A stretch of 64,000 bases of DNA from Eledone cirrhosa (lineage: Eukaryota), in NCBI GenBank assembly GCA_964016885.1, contig OZ024752.1, positions 27,776,001 through 27,840,000 of the forward strand. The letters are read 5' to 3'. Positions within the stretch are counted from its first letter, which is position 1; every line of letters begins with the position of its first letter. A model generated the notes under the pieces. The model searched no databases, was not told the DNA's origin, and saw nothing but the letters and a program-made list of their open reading frames with translations. A program made the position numbers and the translations under genes. Of this stretch, positions 51,583 through 64,000 are shown piece by piece.

Positions 51583-52042
51583 ATATATATATATATATGC
51601 ATGCTACTGTACGTCTGTATACATATATGTATGTACGTATACATACATACTTACATTTAAGTAAGTGCCATACTAAGAGTGAGAAATGAAATTTCGTTTT
51701 CATTTTTTTCAACTTATCGTTTTCGGTATGCCTGACCGATTTAACTCACTCAATATGCAAATTAGGCTGCTCAGCCGTTAATTTTCATAAGGAAAGTATA
51801 TACTTTCGAACGTTCAACTATCTGGCAGATGGGTAAACGGTGCTGATGATAGCTAACAAGCTTGAAACTAGTACATCGTTCCTGTGTCAGTGTTGAACAA
51901 AAAGGTGACGTGGTTGCCTTAACACCGTATGGCATAAATTCAGGCTGTTCGCTTTGTTGACAAACAAACGAACAAAGCGGCCGGCGTTATAATAAACGCC
52001 GGCTAAACTGATGCGTGCATATATGTATGTGTACCTGTATGC

Positions 52043-52090
<48 letters not shown>

Positions 52091-52550
52091 ATATATATAT
52101 ATATATGCATGCTACTGTACGTCTGTATACATATATGTATGTACGTATACATACATACTTACATTTAAGTAAGTGCCATACTAAGAGTGAGAAATGAAAT
52201 TTCGTTTTCATTTTTTTCAACTTATCGTTTTCGGTATGCCTGACCGATTTAACTCACTCAATATGCAAATTAGGCTGCTCAGCCGTTAATTTTCATAAGG
52301 AAAGTATATACTTTCGAACGTTCAACTATCTGGCAGATGGGTAAACGGTGCTGATGATAGCTAACAAGCTTGAAACTAGTACATCGTTCCTGTGTCAGTG
52401 TTGAACAAAAAGGTGACGTGGTTGCCTTAACACCGTATGGCATAAATTCAGGCTGTTCGCTTTGTTGACAAACAAACGAACAAAGCGGCCGGCGTTATAA
52501 TAAACGCCGGCTAAACTGATGCGTGCATATATGTATGTGTACCTGTATGC

Positions 52551-52610
<60 letters not shown>

Positions 52611-53070
52611 ATATATATATATATATGCATGCTACTGTACGTCTGTATACATATATGTATGTACGTATACATACATACTTACATTTAAGTAAGTGCCATA
52701 CTAAGAGTGAGAAATGAAATTTCGTTTTCATTTTTTTCAACTTATCGTTTTCGGTATGCCTGACCGATTTAACTCACTCAATATGCAAATTAGGCTGCTC
52801 AGCCGTTAATTTTCATAAGGAAAGTATATACTTTCGAACGTTCAACTATCTGGCAGATGGGTAAACGGTGCTGATGATAGCTAACAAGCTTGAAACTAGT
52901 ACATCGTTCCTGTGTCAGTGTTGAACAAAAAGGTGACGTGGTTGCCTTAACACCGTATGGCATAAATTCAGGCTGTTCGCTTTGTTGACAAACAAACGAA
53001 CAAAGCGGCCGGCGTTATAATAAACGCCGGCTAAACTGATGCGTGCATATATGTATGTGTACCTGTATGC

Positions 53071-53120
<50 letters not shown>

Positions 53121-53580
53121 ATATATATATATATATGCATGCTACTGTACGTCTGTATACATATATGTATGTACGTATACATACATACTTACATTTAAGT
53201 AAGTGCCATACTAAGAGTGAGAAATGAAATTTCGTTTTCATTTTTTTCAACTTATCGTTTTCGGTATGCCTGACCGATTTAACTCACTCAATATGCAAAT
53301 TAGGCTGCTCAGCCGTTAATTTTCATAAGGAAAGTATATACTTTCGAACGTTCAACTATCTGGCAGATGGGTAAACGGTGCTGATGATAGCTAACAAGCT
53401 TGAAACTAGTACATCGTTCCTGTGTCAGTGTTGAACAAAAAGGTGACGTGGTTACCTTAACACCGTATGGCATAAATTCAGGCTGTTCGCTTTGTTGACA
53501 AACAAACGAACAAAGCGGCCGGCGTTATAATAAACGCCGGCTAAACTGATGCGTGCATATATGTATGTGTACCTGTATGC

Positions 53581-53636
<56 letters not shown>

Positions 53637-54098
53637 ATATATATATATATATATGCATGCTACTGTACGTCTGTATACATATATGTATGTACGTATACAT
53701 ACATACTTACATTTAAGTAAGTGCCATACTAAGAGTGAGAAATGAAATTTCGTTTTCATTTTTTTCAACTTATCGTTTTCGGTATGCCTGACCGATTTAA
53801 CTCACTCAATATGCAAATTAGGCTGCTCAGCCGTTAATTTTCATAAGGAAAGTATATACTTTCGAACGTTCAACTATCTGGCAGATGGGTAAACGGTGCT
53901 GATGATAGCTAACAAGCTTGAAACTAGTACATCGTTCCTGTGTCAGTGTTGAACAAAAAGGTGACGTGGTTGCCTTAACACCGTATGGCATAAATTCAGG
54001 CTGTTCGCTTTGTTGACAAACAAACGAACAAAGCGGCCGGCGTTATAATAAACGCCGGCTAAACTGATGCGTGCATATATGTATGTGTACCTGTATGC

Positions 54099-54144
<46 letters not shown>

Positions 54145-54371
54145 ATATATATATATATATGCATGCTACTGTACGTCTGTATACATATATGTATGTACGT
54201 ATACATACATACTTACATATATATATATATATATTATGTTTAGACAACAGAACGTGTGTATAAGATACAAGCGTCCTGTCGAATATATGACAGTATTTAA
54301 TTAGCTCAATGATTGAAAGCAGAGCCGTTATATGGAACAAAAACAAACAGCGCTTACATCATCAATTAATC

Positions 54372-54430
54372 TTTATTTGCTGACAGTGTTTCGTCCTTGA
54401 ATAATTGCAGGACTCATCAGAGCGTTATAA
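54372..54430 (-). ncRNA. Type I hammerhead ribozyme with canonical core, in a pLTR-like segment (~54232-55130)
   Basis: gct-CTGATGA-gtcct...aggac-GAAAC-act-GTC-agc. Confidence 0.78.
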
Positions 54431-55175
54431 AGAGGAATTAGATCAACAGTATAAACTCTACCGACCTATATCACAAGAACGATCCATATGTAGCACAGAG
54501 CACTAAGAATAGTGGGGTGCTTGGACGACGCGTCACCGCCAGAAGCCGATACATATTAAGACCAAAATCAGTTACAATAATTAAAGATAAGAAAAAATAA
54601 GGAAAAATAAGGAAAAATAATTAAAGATAAGAAAAAATAATTAAAGATAAGGAAAAATAAAAGATAAGGAAATTAAAGAAGTAAGGATAAAATAAAGATG
54701 ACAATAAAGTGATGATAATATAAAGAAATATAAAAAAAATAATAACAAATAATAAAAATAAAAATAAAAATTCGAATAAAAAATAGGGGGTGATAACAAT
54801 AAAAATAAAAATGAAACATAAAAGATAACACATTATATAAGCAATGCAAATAAATGCAAGTAAATATGATTGTAGACAGTAAAGGATTCCAGAGGTGACA
54901 GTTTAAGAATAGTATCAACCAAAGTGAATGTAAGTAGAGTCAGATATAGTGGGAGCTAGATAAAGCGATCATATAGTGGAACTCCATGTATCCATCACAG
55001 TATGGCAACAAGTGTTATAGGTGGCGTTCAAATGTAATTTATCTGTGTGGTTCACAGAACATACAGGTCGCTAGAGCAAAATGTAGGGGAAGCAGGTGAA
55101 AGCAATCATCATAGATATCAGTAGAACATAACGTTTGCGTGTGTGTGTTAGTCTACATAGACCCATGCACACACG

Positions 55176-55207
<32 letters not shown>

Positions 55208-55331
55208 CATACATGTATCTACGTGTTCCACTCGTCCGTGTTATCCCTTACGATTACAATATGTGTGTGTGTATATATGCATATATATATGTGTGTGTGT
55301 GGGTGTCTGTGATCTATATACACTGGTCATA

Positions 55332-55404
<73 letters not shown>

Positions 55405-56289
55405 ACACACACACACACACGTATATATATATATATACAACACCATCAGCTCTCTTCAATTCTCCTTCTTTGTCTCCTCTCTCTTTCAATCTACTCTCTC
55501 ACAGCCACTACCTCTTTCTCTCTATACTTCCCTCTCTCTGTTTATGAAGGTACCCGGCAAAACCCTATATCTCGGGAACCCTTGGTTCGATTTACGCGAA
55601 ATTTGTTGTATTCCAATTGTATTCCAATTTCAGGGTCAACTTCCTTTTAAAGTATTTTCCCATTATGCACCTTTTTGTTTGTATTACATTACAGACAAGC
55701 AAGCAAGCAAGCAAGCAAGCAATCACAGGATTTTAGTATTATATAGATAGCTACCCATTTACAACTAAGTGAACTGTATTTAGTGAGTTAGGCAGGGCTT
55801 ACTGGACATGCACATTCGACCAAATGATCGGCATCACATCTTGTAAGGTATGGTGACACTAAAGAGTTCCAGAAGATAGGGATTAGTGACATCATCAATG
55901 CATTTTACTGTGGGCGTTTATTAAGAATTATAAAGACACATCAATCGCTGTATCAATTCAAGATAAGAGAATTCTTAGAAATTGTAGTTTGGCATAACAG
56001 AATGGAAGAAATAATTCAAATGGAATACAACCGGTGGGCTAGAGGAAAACGTATGTACAACATTTCGACAGTACCACCTAAAAGCTGACGAATCACATGA
56101 ACTTCCCTCGACAGATAATATGAAAAACCTCGCAACAACTTTAAACATTGTACAGTTGGACTAACCATTTTCCTTAAACGGCCATAACTACATGCCACAA
56201 AGCATGTTTCCAACACTCTACCTATACTGACAATCTATCACCCTTAACAATAATATTTCTTTCTTTATTGGCAATTAGGGCCGGAAAAT

Positions 56290-56920
56290 AAGGGGAAATG
56301 CAAATGGACAAGGACAATGGTGATTTACTTAATTGAACGTGTAAACAAAGAAAACAGGTAACTAAATAACAGAATTCCGCAATAGAGGGGGAGCAACAAC
56401 CAGGGGTAGTTTAGGAAACCCACAGATGCGAGATCCCCCTAATCACCATGAGCGCCTTAAGAAGGGGACCTACTTATCTCTGAAGTCTTCAGCCTACAGG
56501 GGCATGGACAGAGCAGGCCTCTTCGGTCCTACCTCACTACATTCACCCACCTTTTACTCAATGTAAGGAGCCGCAACACCCCCCCCCCCTACTACCCTCA
56601 CCTTCCTTTCCAAGTAGAAATTGAAAAGGTTGATGAGGGTTTGGTGGAAGAGTAAAAAATGCTTCTGTCTTCAGTCCTTTCAAACATGTCCACCGCACAA
56701 CATCTTTCTCTACAGCCACCAGAGTAAATCTGCCAGCACTTTCCGGCTTCATGATGGAGTCGGCAGACAGCCAGATCCGTTCGACATATGACAACAGCCA
56801 CACAATACCGAATCGCCAGTGATGTGGGCGTTGGCAACAGTGAACCACGGTCTTTCCATAAGACGAATTTTAGGACAAGGCGCGGCGGTCCGACGGTAAA
56901 TGACGGCGGAGAGATTACAA
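56290..56920 (-). mobile_element. Degenerate L1/Tx1-like LINE 3' fragment
   Basis: Frameshifted peptides AAPCPK...VVHCCQ...VWLLSYVE...VAVEKDVVRWTCLKGL resemble the L1/Tx1 C-terminal Cys-rich region; weak. Confidence 0.42.
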
Positions 56921-57739
56921 GATGAAGGTAGCGGTCTGTATAGAAATGGAAAAATAATGAAAGAGGTAGATATAGGATACAAATTAGGATACATATTATA
57001 CAATCAAATAAGTCCTCCTATAACAGGGAGCTGAATAATTAAGGGTAATTGAACAACCTCCAATGATGCATTAACTGAACGGCGACTAAGAATGAATTTC
57101 CTCTTGCAACTGCATTATTACAGACATGCTGAAAGTAGACTCATCCACATGGAAAAGTTGATGAGAACTTGAAAGAAGAGGATGGTGTTTATTTTTAGTC
57201 CTTTCAGCCTTGTTCTTCACACCTATTTATCCGCCCTATACACGACAACAGATTGTCAACAAAACCCATGACGTCAGGAATAAATATGTGTTTAACAAGT
57301 TCATACAAAATAATTTCCCCGGTTTGCATCTCGGACAGGCTCGGCTGACAGCACGTCCATGTGTAAAGAGTTTCTTTCAAACCAGCCATGATCACCCGTA
57401 GTAGTTCAAGACTAGAACATTCTGGAAACTCTCTCTTGTCCTCCATAACAGTTCTTTCTCGAAGATACCCAGAACGTCAGTGAGAGCATCGTCACAATTC
57501 CTCAACACTAATAATTTATAGATTGCTAACATAGAACGTATACCGATCCTATTTCCTGATTGGTAGGGGGTTATAAGCGTCCGGCAGTATTCCTAATAAT
57601 ATTAATAATAATGTTTCTACTTTTGGCACAAGGTCAGTAATTACCCAAGTGCATTACTGGTGCTTTATTTAATCGGCACCCTATGGATGAAAGGCAAAGT
57701 TAAGTTTCTCTATCAATCGATTAGTAAGCAAAGCGTTAA

Positions 57740-58290
57740 TTGGCCTCAGGTCAGTGCCTAATCTCAGAGCCTTAATATATCGTGCAGGATTCTGGCAGTA
57801 ATAATGATGATAGAATTCGGGGATCCCAAGGCTTTTGATGAAAGACGTGAGGCTTTTAGGGACTGTGCCTAACGCCTTAGTAACAATTGATACGACTTTT
57901 GTCTCTACATGTTACCCAGCTCTAATAGTGCCTACAAGTTCTGCATACTTACTGATCTTTTCTATTTCCTTTTCTGCCACATTGTGGTCTTGCAGGACCA
58001 CAATAACAACTAGAGGCCATATTTGGAGGGCTGTTTGTGTTTACAACAATATCAAGTCGATTGTGTTGACTTTCTAGTCATGATCTCGAGGTCCCAAAAT
58101 AACTCTACTGCTTCACCTAATAGACAACATTCAAAAAGAATATGGTCGATCCACTGATATTGAGTTTCCAAGTGTATTTTGTGCACAATTGCCAATGGAC
58201 GATTTTGTTATAAGTTCATGCCGGATTTTATAAGGTCTTTTGGCTAATTTCTCCCATCTACTAAGAATATATGCTATAGATTCGTCTGAT
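57740..58290 (-). mobile_element. Degenerate R4/Dong-like (RLE endonuclease) LINE 3' fragment
   Basis: Minus strand VVSIVTKALGTVPKSL resembles the RLE-LINE motif PIVIGALGTVPK; the surrounding frame is disrupted. Confidence 0.5.
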
Positions 58291-58534
58291 TTATGGCATA
58301 CACTATTTTATCGACTCTGGAAGGATGAAAGTCATATTTTTCCTCGGTTGGATATATAACAGAACCTAAACAGCCTTAGCATATACCGCAAAGTAGTATG
58401 ATCGACGCTCTAACGATTCTACCAATCTATTGCCTTCAGTTAGGAAATAATTAATGAAGATTGGCCGGAAACAAACAGAACGAATGAATGAATGAGAATA
58501 ATTTAAAAAAATGAAGGGAAACAAAGCATGGAGT

Positions 58535-58710
58535 AGGTGGAGTGGAGTAGCTGAATGTCACCATTGTATTGAGTTATAAGTATGAGTTATTGAGTGTGAG
58601 TGTGTTTGTTCTTAAGGTAACACATTATTTTGATTGTAGGTATTAATACTGGCGTGGAGTCGACCTGCAGTTAATTATTCCGATGATTAATGTATGATAT
58701 ACACAGATGA
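58535..58710 (+). promoter_or_regulatory. Conserved non-coding block upstream of gene 3 (candidate enhancer)
   Basis: Aligns with 31041-31225 and 6441-6545; TAATTA at 58672-58677. Confidence 0.55.
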
Positions 58711-58860
58711 ATGGGAAGAGAGAATGAGAGAGGAGGAGATAATAAGGGGAGGAGGAGAAGGAGTATGTCTTACTGAGAATATCCATTCATATATATGTAC
58801 AGGTATAATTATATATATATATTTCGTTTCTGAATTGGCAACATGACCCTCCCAAAGTAT

Positions 58861-58910
<50 letters not shown>

Positions 58911-58912
58911 GT

Positions 58913-58964
<52 letters not shown>

Positions 58965-58969
58965 GTGTT

Positions 58970-59049
<80 letters not shown>

Positions 59050-59050
59050 A

Positions 59051-59089
<39 letters not shown>

Positions 59090-59094
59090 AACAC

Positions 59095-59146
<52 letters not shown>

Positions 59147-59152
59147 ACATAA

Positions 59153-59192
<40 letters not shown>

Positions 59193-59620
59193 GGAATATA
59201 TATATATATTTGGTGTAAATGGTACCACAGTGGTCCGGGTCACCAAAGATGTGGGTTCGACTCCCATGTACGTCAATAGTCATCTTTTTCCATTTCTCCG
59301 AGGGTTCTTTACCCCACTATCAGGCTAAATAATTTCTTTAGTCGAAATACGGCGATAGCTTACATTTCTAATAATTTCAAACCCACTCGCTGTTTCGAAA
59401 ATATTCTTACTTGATATATATATATATATATATATGTGTACATATACATATACACATATACACATGTATATATATATATTTAGATTTTCATATATCTCTG
59501 TGTCTCTTTCTGTTTATATATACACATATACACATGTATATATATATATATTTATCTCTCTTACATATCTCTCTATCTCTCTCTCTTTCTCTTTATACAT
59601 ATACATATACACATGTACAC

Positions 59621-59658
<38 letters not shown>

Positions 59659-60209
59659 AAATAACAAGAGGCTGGACTGGTGTAATTCCTTGAAGATTTA
59701 TTATACAATGACCGGGTTCAATATGAATCCGGTGACATCATCAGGTATTCAAAATTTAACAAAGGAATATAATAGACACAATCCATGGGGCTGAAAAGGC
59801 CGAGAGACGAGAGGGCGGTCAAACAGTCCGGTTATATATATATATATATATATACTCTCGAGTGCTACTGGTAGTGTAAATCAGTACAACCTGTCGCATG
59901 GTCGGGTCGTCGGCGACTAAACCGGCAATCCCACCAACTTTACGTGGTGAGGAAGGTGATTTTGGACACCCTGCAGGACGAAAAACAACCAGACAAAGGG
60001 CGGAAAAACTCATAAGAGTCAACGGCCATCTAAAAAAATATGCGGCTTTGCAAATGATCAATGCAAATTAACAATGGAAAGGCACTCCCGCTCGAGTTAG
60101 AACAGAACTATTGACCTTCATGAGAAGCAACGACCCCTCATTATATTCAGCAACCGAAACAAATATGAAGTACACGTAATCCGATACTTCTAGGGGCGGC
60201 CCTGGTTCT

Positions 60210-61118
60210 TCTTATTAGTGAGCGTAAACTTGGCCAGATTAGGAAAACACTTTATTTTAAACCGTTTCTGGAAACGCTCAAACTATTTCTTACTGGCTTG
60301 CAAACCTTCGGGCTCCTGTGCTATCGATGGTCCAGGTTGCTGTTCTTCGGTGCCTTCTGCTCCGTCTATTCTATCGAACCGCCGGTATAATTTCCGCGCT
60401 TTCTCGCGGATGATGATACCGCTCAGGGGGATGTTTTTCTTCTTTCATTCGCTGATCCGCAATGCCAAGGCAGATTCCATCCTCACGAAATGCTTATTTC
60501 ACATTGTCGTTATATTTTTAGCTTTTTCAAAGAAAGTTATTGCTATGTTAGTCCCGATCACTCCCTCTTTCTTCTTTATGTAGTGTATGGTGCGTTCGTT
60601 GACGCCATAATAGTGACCTACTGCGGCATAACCTTTGCCTTTCCGGAGCATATCCAGCAGTTGTATCTTCCCATGGAGTGTCATAACATTTTTCTGGCGC
60701 TTAGGTTCATTGCCTTAGAAGGTGTAGGGCGTTTCGGTGGCATCTTATGGCTTTAATAAACATACTGCGAAAAGCACAACACTCAGCAAAACATGGTTTT
60801 AAAATGATTTGTTTGGATTGTTACTAGATTACCTATACAGTAAACTATACTATAAAAGAGAGGGACCAGCAATGAGGCTATATCGGCTCTTGGTCTTGAA
60901 AACTGGCCTGTTGAAATAAATACTGTTACATTTTTATTAATAATTTAGCAGTAAAAAGCGTGAAAATATATATATATATATTGCCACGGAAAAATGCATA
61001 AAAAATATCGCTGAAGATATATACAATTAAACAAATATGCGGGGGTTGCCCCGAAAATTTATTAGTTAGGTTTTGTGGAAAATTCAGCGAATAACCGGGA
61101 GCGCGAATGTCGGGGGTA

Positions 61119-61123
<5 letters not shown>
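60210..61123 (-). mobile_element. Tigger/pogo DNA transposon 5' remnant (disrupted CENP-B-type HTH transposase, ATG at 60743)
   Basis: MPPKRP.../PKRQKNVMTLHGKIQLLDMLRKGKGYAAVGHYYGVNERTIHYIKK...RMESALAL...IPLSGIIIREKARKLY...FERFQKRF with stops; TA|caatgtaccccc terminal repeat at 61123. Confidence 0.82.
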
Positions 61124-61155
<32 letters not shown>

Positions 61156-61230
61156 ACGAAGGAAATGTGGTAAGGAACCAGGTGGACCATAACGCACCAA
61201 AGTACTCAATACTTAGGGTAGTAGAGTGGG

Positions 61231-61347
61231 TAATAGGAACGAGTAGGACCCCGATGGCTAAGCTCAAGCCGTTTCGACGGCTAATTCTGGACAGAATTAG
61301 CAGTCGAAACGGCTTGAGCTCAGCCGTCGGGGTCCTACTCGTTCCTA
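61231..61347. repeat. GC-rich fold-back (pLTR-like) in (TA)n
   Basis: ataggaacgagtaggaccccga...tttcgacggctaattctg / cagaattagcagtcgaaa...tcggggtcctactcgttcctat. Confidence 0.75.
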
Positions 61348-61354
61348 TATATAC

Positions 61355-61396
<42 letters not shown>

Positions 61397-61582
61397 ATAT
61401 AATATATATATATACATATATATATACATATATATATATATATGTATACATATATATATATAAATACATACATATATATATATATACATATATAAATATA
61501 TATGTATATATATCCATACATATATATATATTTATATACATACATATATATATATGTATATATATATATATACACACACACA

Positions 61583-61657
<75 letters not shown>

Positions 61658-62231
61658 TATCTAAACTCTGTTTCTTTCCTTCCCTTCAACTTGTAATGCA
61701 AATAGAGCTGTGAAAGACACGATCTTCACCAGAAATTACAAATCTTAAATGTCAAGAATACAATTTCCACCATTTTATCAGTACACTTCCTTTAATAACC
61801 CCCTCTTCCCCTACACTTTCATTCACAATCCCCATAACTGTCATCACCACTACTAGAACTTTCATTAACAATACTTTTCCAACAACCACCACAAACAACA
61901 GTATCACCAACCATACAATAATACAACCACACTATCATTATACTTACCTCTATCATTAATGGTATTAGAACAATACTAAATACCACCTTTATCTCTAATA
62001 AGAAGATCGCAACCCCCACCCTTCAATACGTTGCCAGATACACCAACACACCCATAGTTACTGTGCCCCCACCGTTATAACTAATACGACTAACGCCACC
62101 AACAACATCACCAATAAAATAGTGTTTCATATGACAAAATTGTATAGATGATAGTTATGTTATATTGAAAGTATGTGGTGATTATGTTGTTATAATTGTG
62201 GTCATGTGGGTGGCGATTTAATTACTTTCTC

Positions 62232-62355
62232 TATATAAGTTCGTCTCAGAGGTGAGAACAGTGTCCAGTCTCTGAAGTAAGCCATAGCTAACACATTAGC
62301 TTTGAACATTACCAACTCTAAACCCGACCTTAAACACCAATAACCAACACCAACC
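62232..62355 (+). promoter_or_regulatory. TATA box (62232-62239) and 5'UTR of gene 3
   Basis: Positionally conserved TATATAAG 124 nt before the ATG. Confidence 0.75.
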
Positions 62356-62488
62356 ATGCCTTCCTACACTCTCCACTACTTCAACCACCGTGGCCGTGCT
62401 GAAATATGCCGTATGATGTTTGCAGCTGCTGGTGTCAAGTACAATGACCGCAGGATCCAATCCTCAGAATGGGACAACTTCAGAAACA
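62356..62488 (+). CDS. S-crystallin gene 3, exon 1 (the remainder presumably lies beyond the window)
   Basis: [44 protein letters not shown] + phase-1 donor a|gtacgt; the same 133-nt exon as in the paralogs. Confidence 0.93.
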
Positions 62489-62780
62489 GTACGTAGTCGT
62501 TTCATGTATACCACCTATTCATATATATATATATATATATATATTCAAAGCTGTTTGATTCAGCGCCATAATTCAAACGCTAAGATGCTGTCAGAGGTCC
62601 CTTAGCTCAATGTCTCGAGCACTCCACCGGTATCTCGGAGATGCGAGGTTAATTCGATCCTTCGTAGCGGCCGTTGGTAAATGTTATTCTTCCTCTCTCA
62701 GGGTCTTTAGTCTCTTTAATCTGTTTTATAATGTGCTTACAATCATTTTGGGCACCTGAGCATATCACTAAATTTTCTAT

Positions 62781-62869
<89 letters not shown>

Positions 62870-63350
62870 GTCTGTGTGTGTGTGTGTGTAAATAATACAA
62901 GGACGATTGGTTATGCCTTCATTACGTTTATTGGTAGGTGATGCGCGTTTCGCTATTGATCCGCTCATGGTTCGATCTGTATCGATATATAGTACTAGTT
63001 TAAATGGTATACAAAACATTTATACATCACAAATTGAGAAACAATTAGTATTCGTTATATATAATTACTTCAAGGTGATAACAAGCCTAAATCACTGAGA
63101 CAAATATAGATCACTAAGGCGTGTATAAATCACACATATATATATAGATTAAACCTAAATACATTACATAAGTACTCAAGCATTCTTTTAATTTGTTGAG
63201 TTGCCTTTGTGGGACTTTTTCTAACCTATCTTTAACACTTCATAGAACCTGTCCTGTAATATCTGCCGTTCAGGTAAATATTATTTGAACACCATATGGA
63301 GGTTATTTCAAATTTCTTCCTTGGGCAGATAACTAGTAACTTTGGGAGGA

Positions 63351-63384
<34 letters not shown>

Positions 63385-63774
63385 AGACTGAAACCTACTG
63401 ATGATTAAAATCCTACTCTTATGATGTTTATTACTGAAATGGATTTTGGATAATTGCTGATAGATACTGATGATTAAATTCGATTGAAAATATCTTTTCA
63501 GCGATTTTATGAAACAGATCTGTCTAAGTGAATTTAAGTGAGTTAGGCTTGTTACCAACTTGAAATAAATATACATATCAAATAATCTCTATATGTACCA
63601 AATACTAATAATTTCCCCATTTGAGATACATAAAAATATATTTACATGTCGTTTAAACTTATATTATTGATGCTCTTAACTAATGGTCATTGAGATGTTT
63701 GAGTTTTATAGTTGAGAAACATAATCGATATATATTTGATACGCATAGATTAAACCTAAATACAATACAATATA

Positions 63775-63840
<66 letters not shown>

Positions 63841-64000
63841 GTGTGTGTTTATATGTGTGTGTGTGTGTGTATGTATGCATATATATATGTATATATGTGT
63901 GTTGTTGTTGTGTATGTATCGGATGAAGAATATAATACACCGCTTGACAGCTATCAAGTACTGAATAATTGCTTAAAAGATGGTTTTAATAGTCCTCACA

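Larger units (their letters stand above)
49491..54218. repeat. Tandem array of a ~510-bp hammerhead-containing unit (retrozyme-like): inverted block 49491-51190, direct block 51189-54218
   Basis: Inverted units start at 50021, 50527, 51033; direct units at 51189, 51701, 52209, 52729, 53239, 53757. Periods of 506-520 differ through internal (TA)n length. Confidence 0.93.
48385..55747 (-). mobile_element. Helitron of the same family as 22014-23017, expanded to 7.4 kb by nested insertions
   Basis: 3' end (hairpin + CTAG|T) at 48385 matches 22880-23017 inverted. 5' end A|TCTATATAATACTAAAA at 55747 and body 55280-55740 match 22020-22620 inverted. Confidence 0.68.

Noticed and set aside
50021-54218. 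Array as a CRISPR or as repeated protein genes ([10 protein letters not shown]..., [10 protein letters not shown]...)
   Set aside because: Eukaryotic context; whole units are identical with no unique spacers. The ORFs change frame with (TA)n length and lie antisense to the ribozyme.
59700-59750. Hammerhead-like CTGATGA plus hairpin on the minus strand
   Set aside because: No GAAA follows stem II, so it cannot be called a ribozyme.

Overview
AT-rich, microsatellite-saturated eukaryotic DNA, very likely an octopus (inferred from the S-crystallin sequences and SINE type). The window holds a tandem cluster of three same-strand S-crystallin (sigma-GST-derived lens crystallin) genes: two complete 6-exon genes of 215 aa each (9439-19729, 32255-45293) and exon 1 of a third (62356-62488). 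The three share a TATA core promoter and two upstream non-coding blocks. Introns and intergenic DNA are packed with mobile-element remnants: Penelope-like elements (PLEs) with three different GIY-YIG types, tRNA-derived SINEs, RTE/R4/L1-like fragments, Helitrons, hAT and Tc2-like MITEs and a Tigger. The most striking feature is a near-identical ~510-bp tandem array (49491-54218). Each full unit carries an intact minimal type I hammerhead ribozyme (8 in total), which looks like a retrozyme array. It is nested inside a Helitron, is interrupted by a second 310-bp hammerhead unit, and more hammerhead-like motifs lie in (TA)n-embedded fold-back elements across the window. Nearly all ORFs in the supplied track are microsatellite artefacts. 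All structures were read by eye; no folding or database searches were run.
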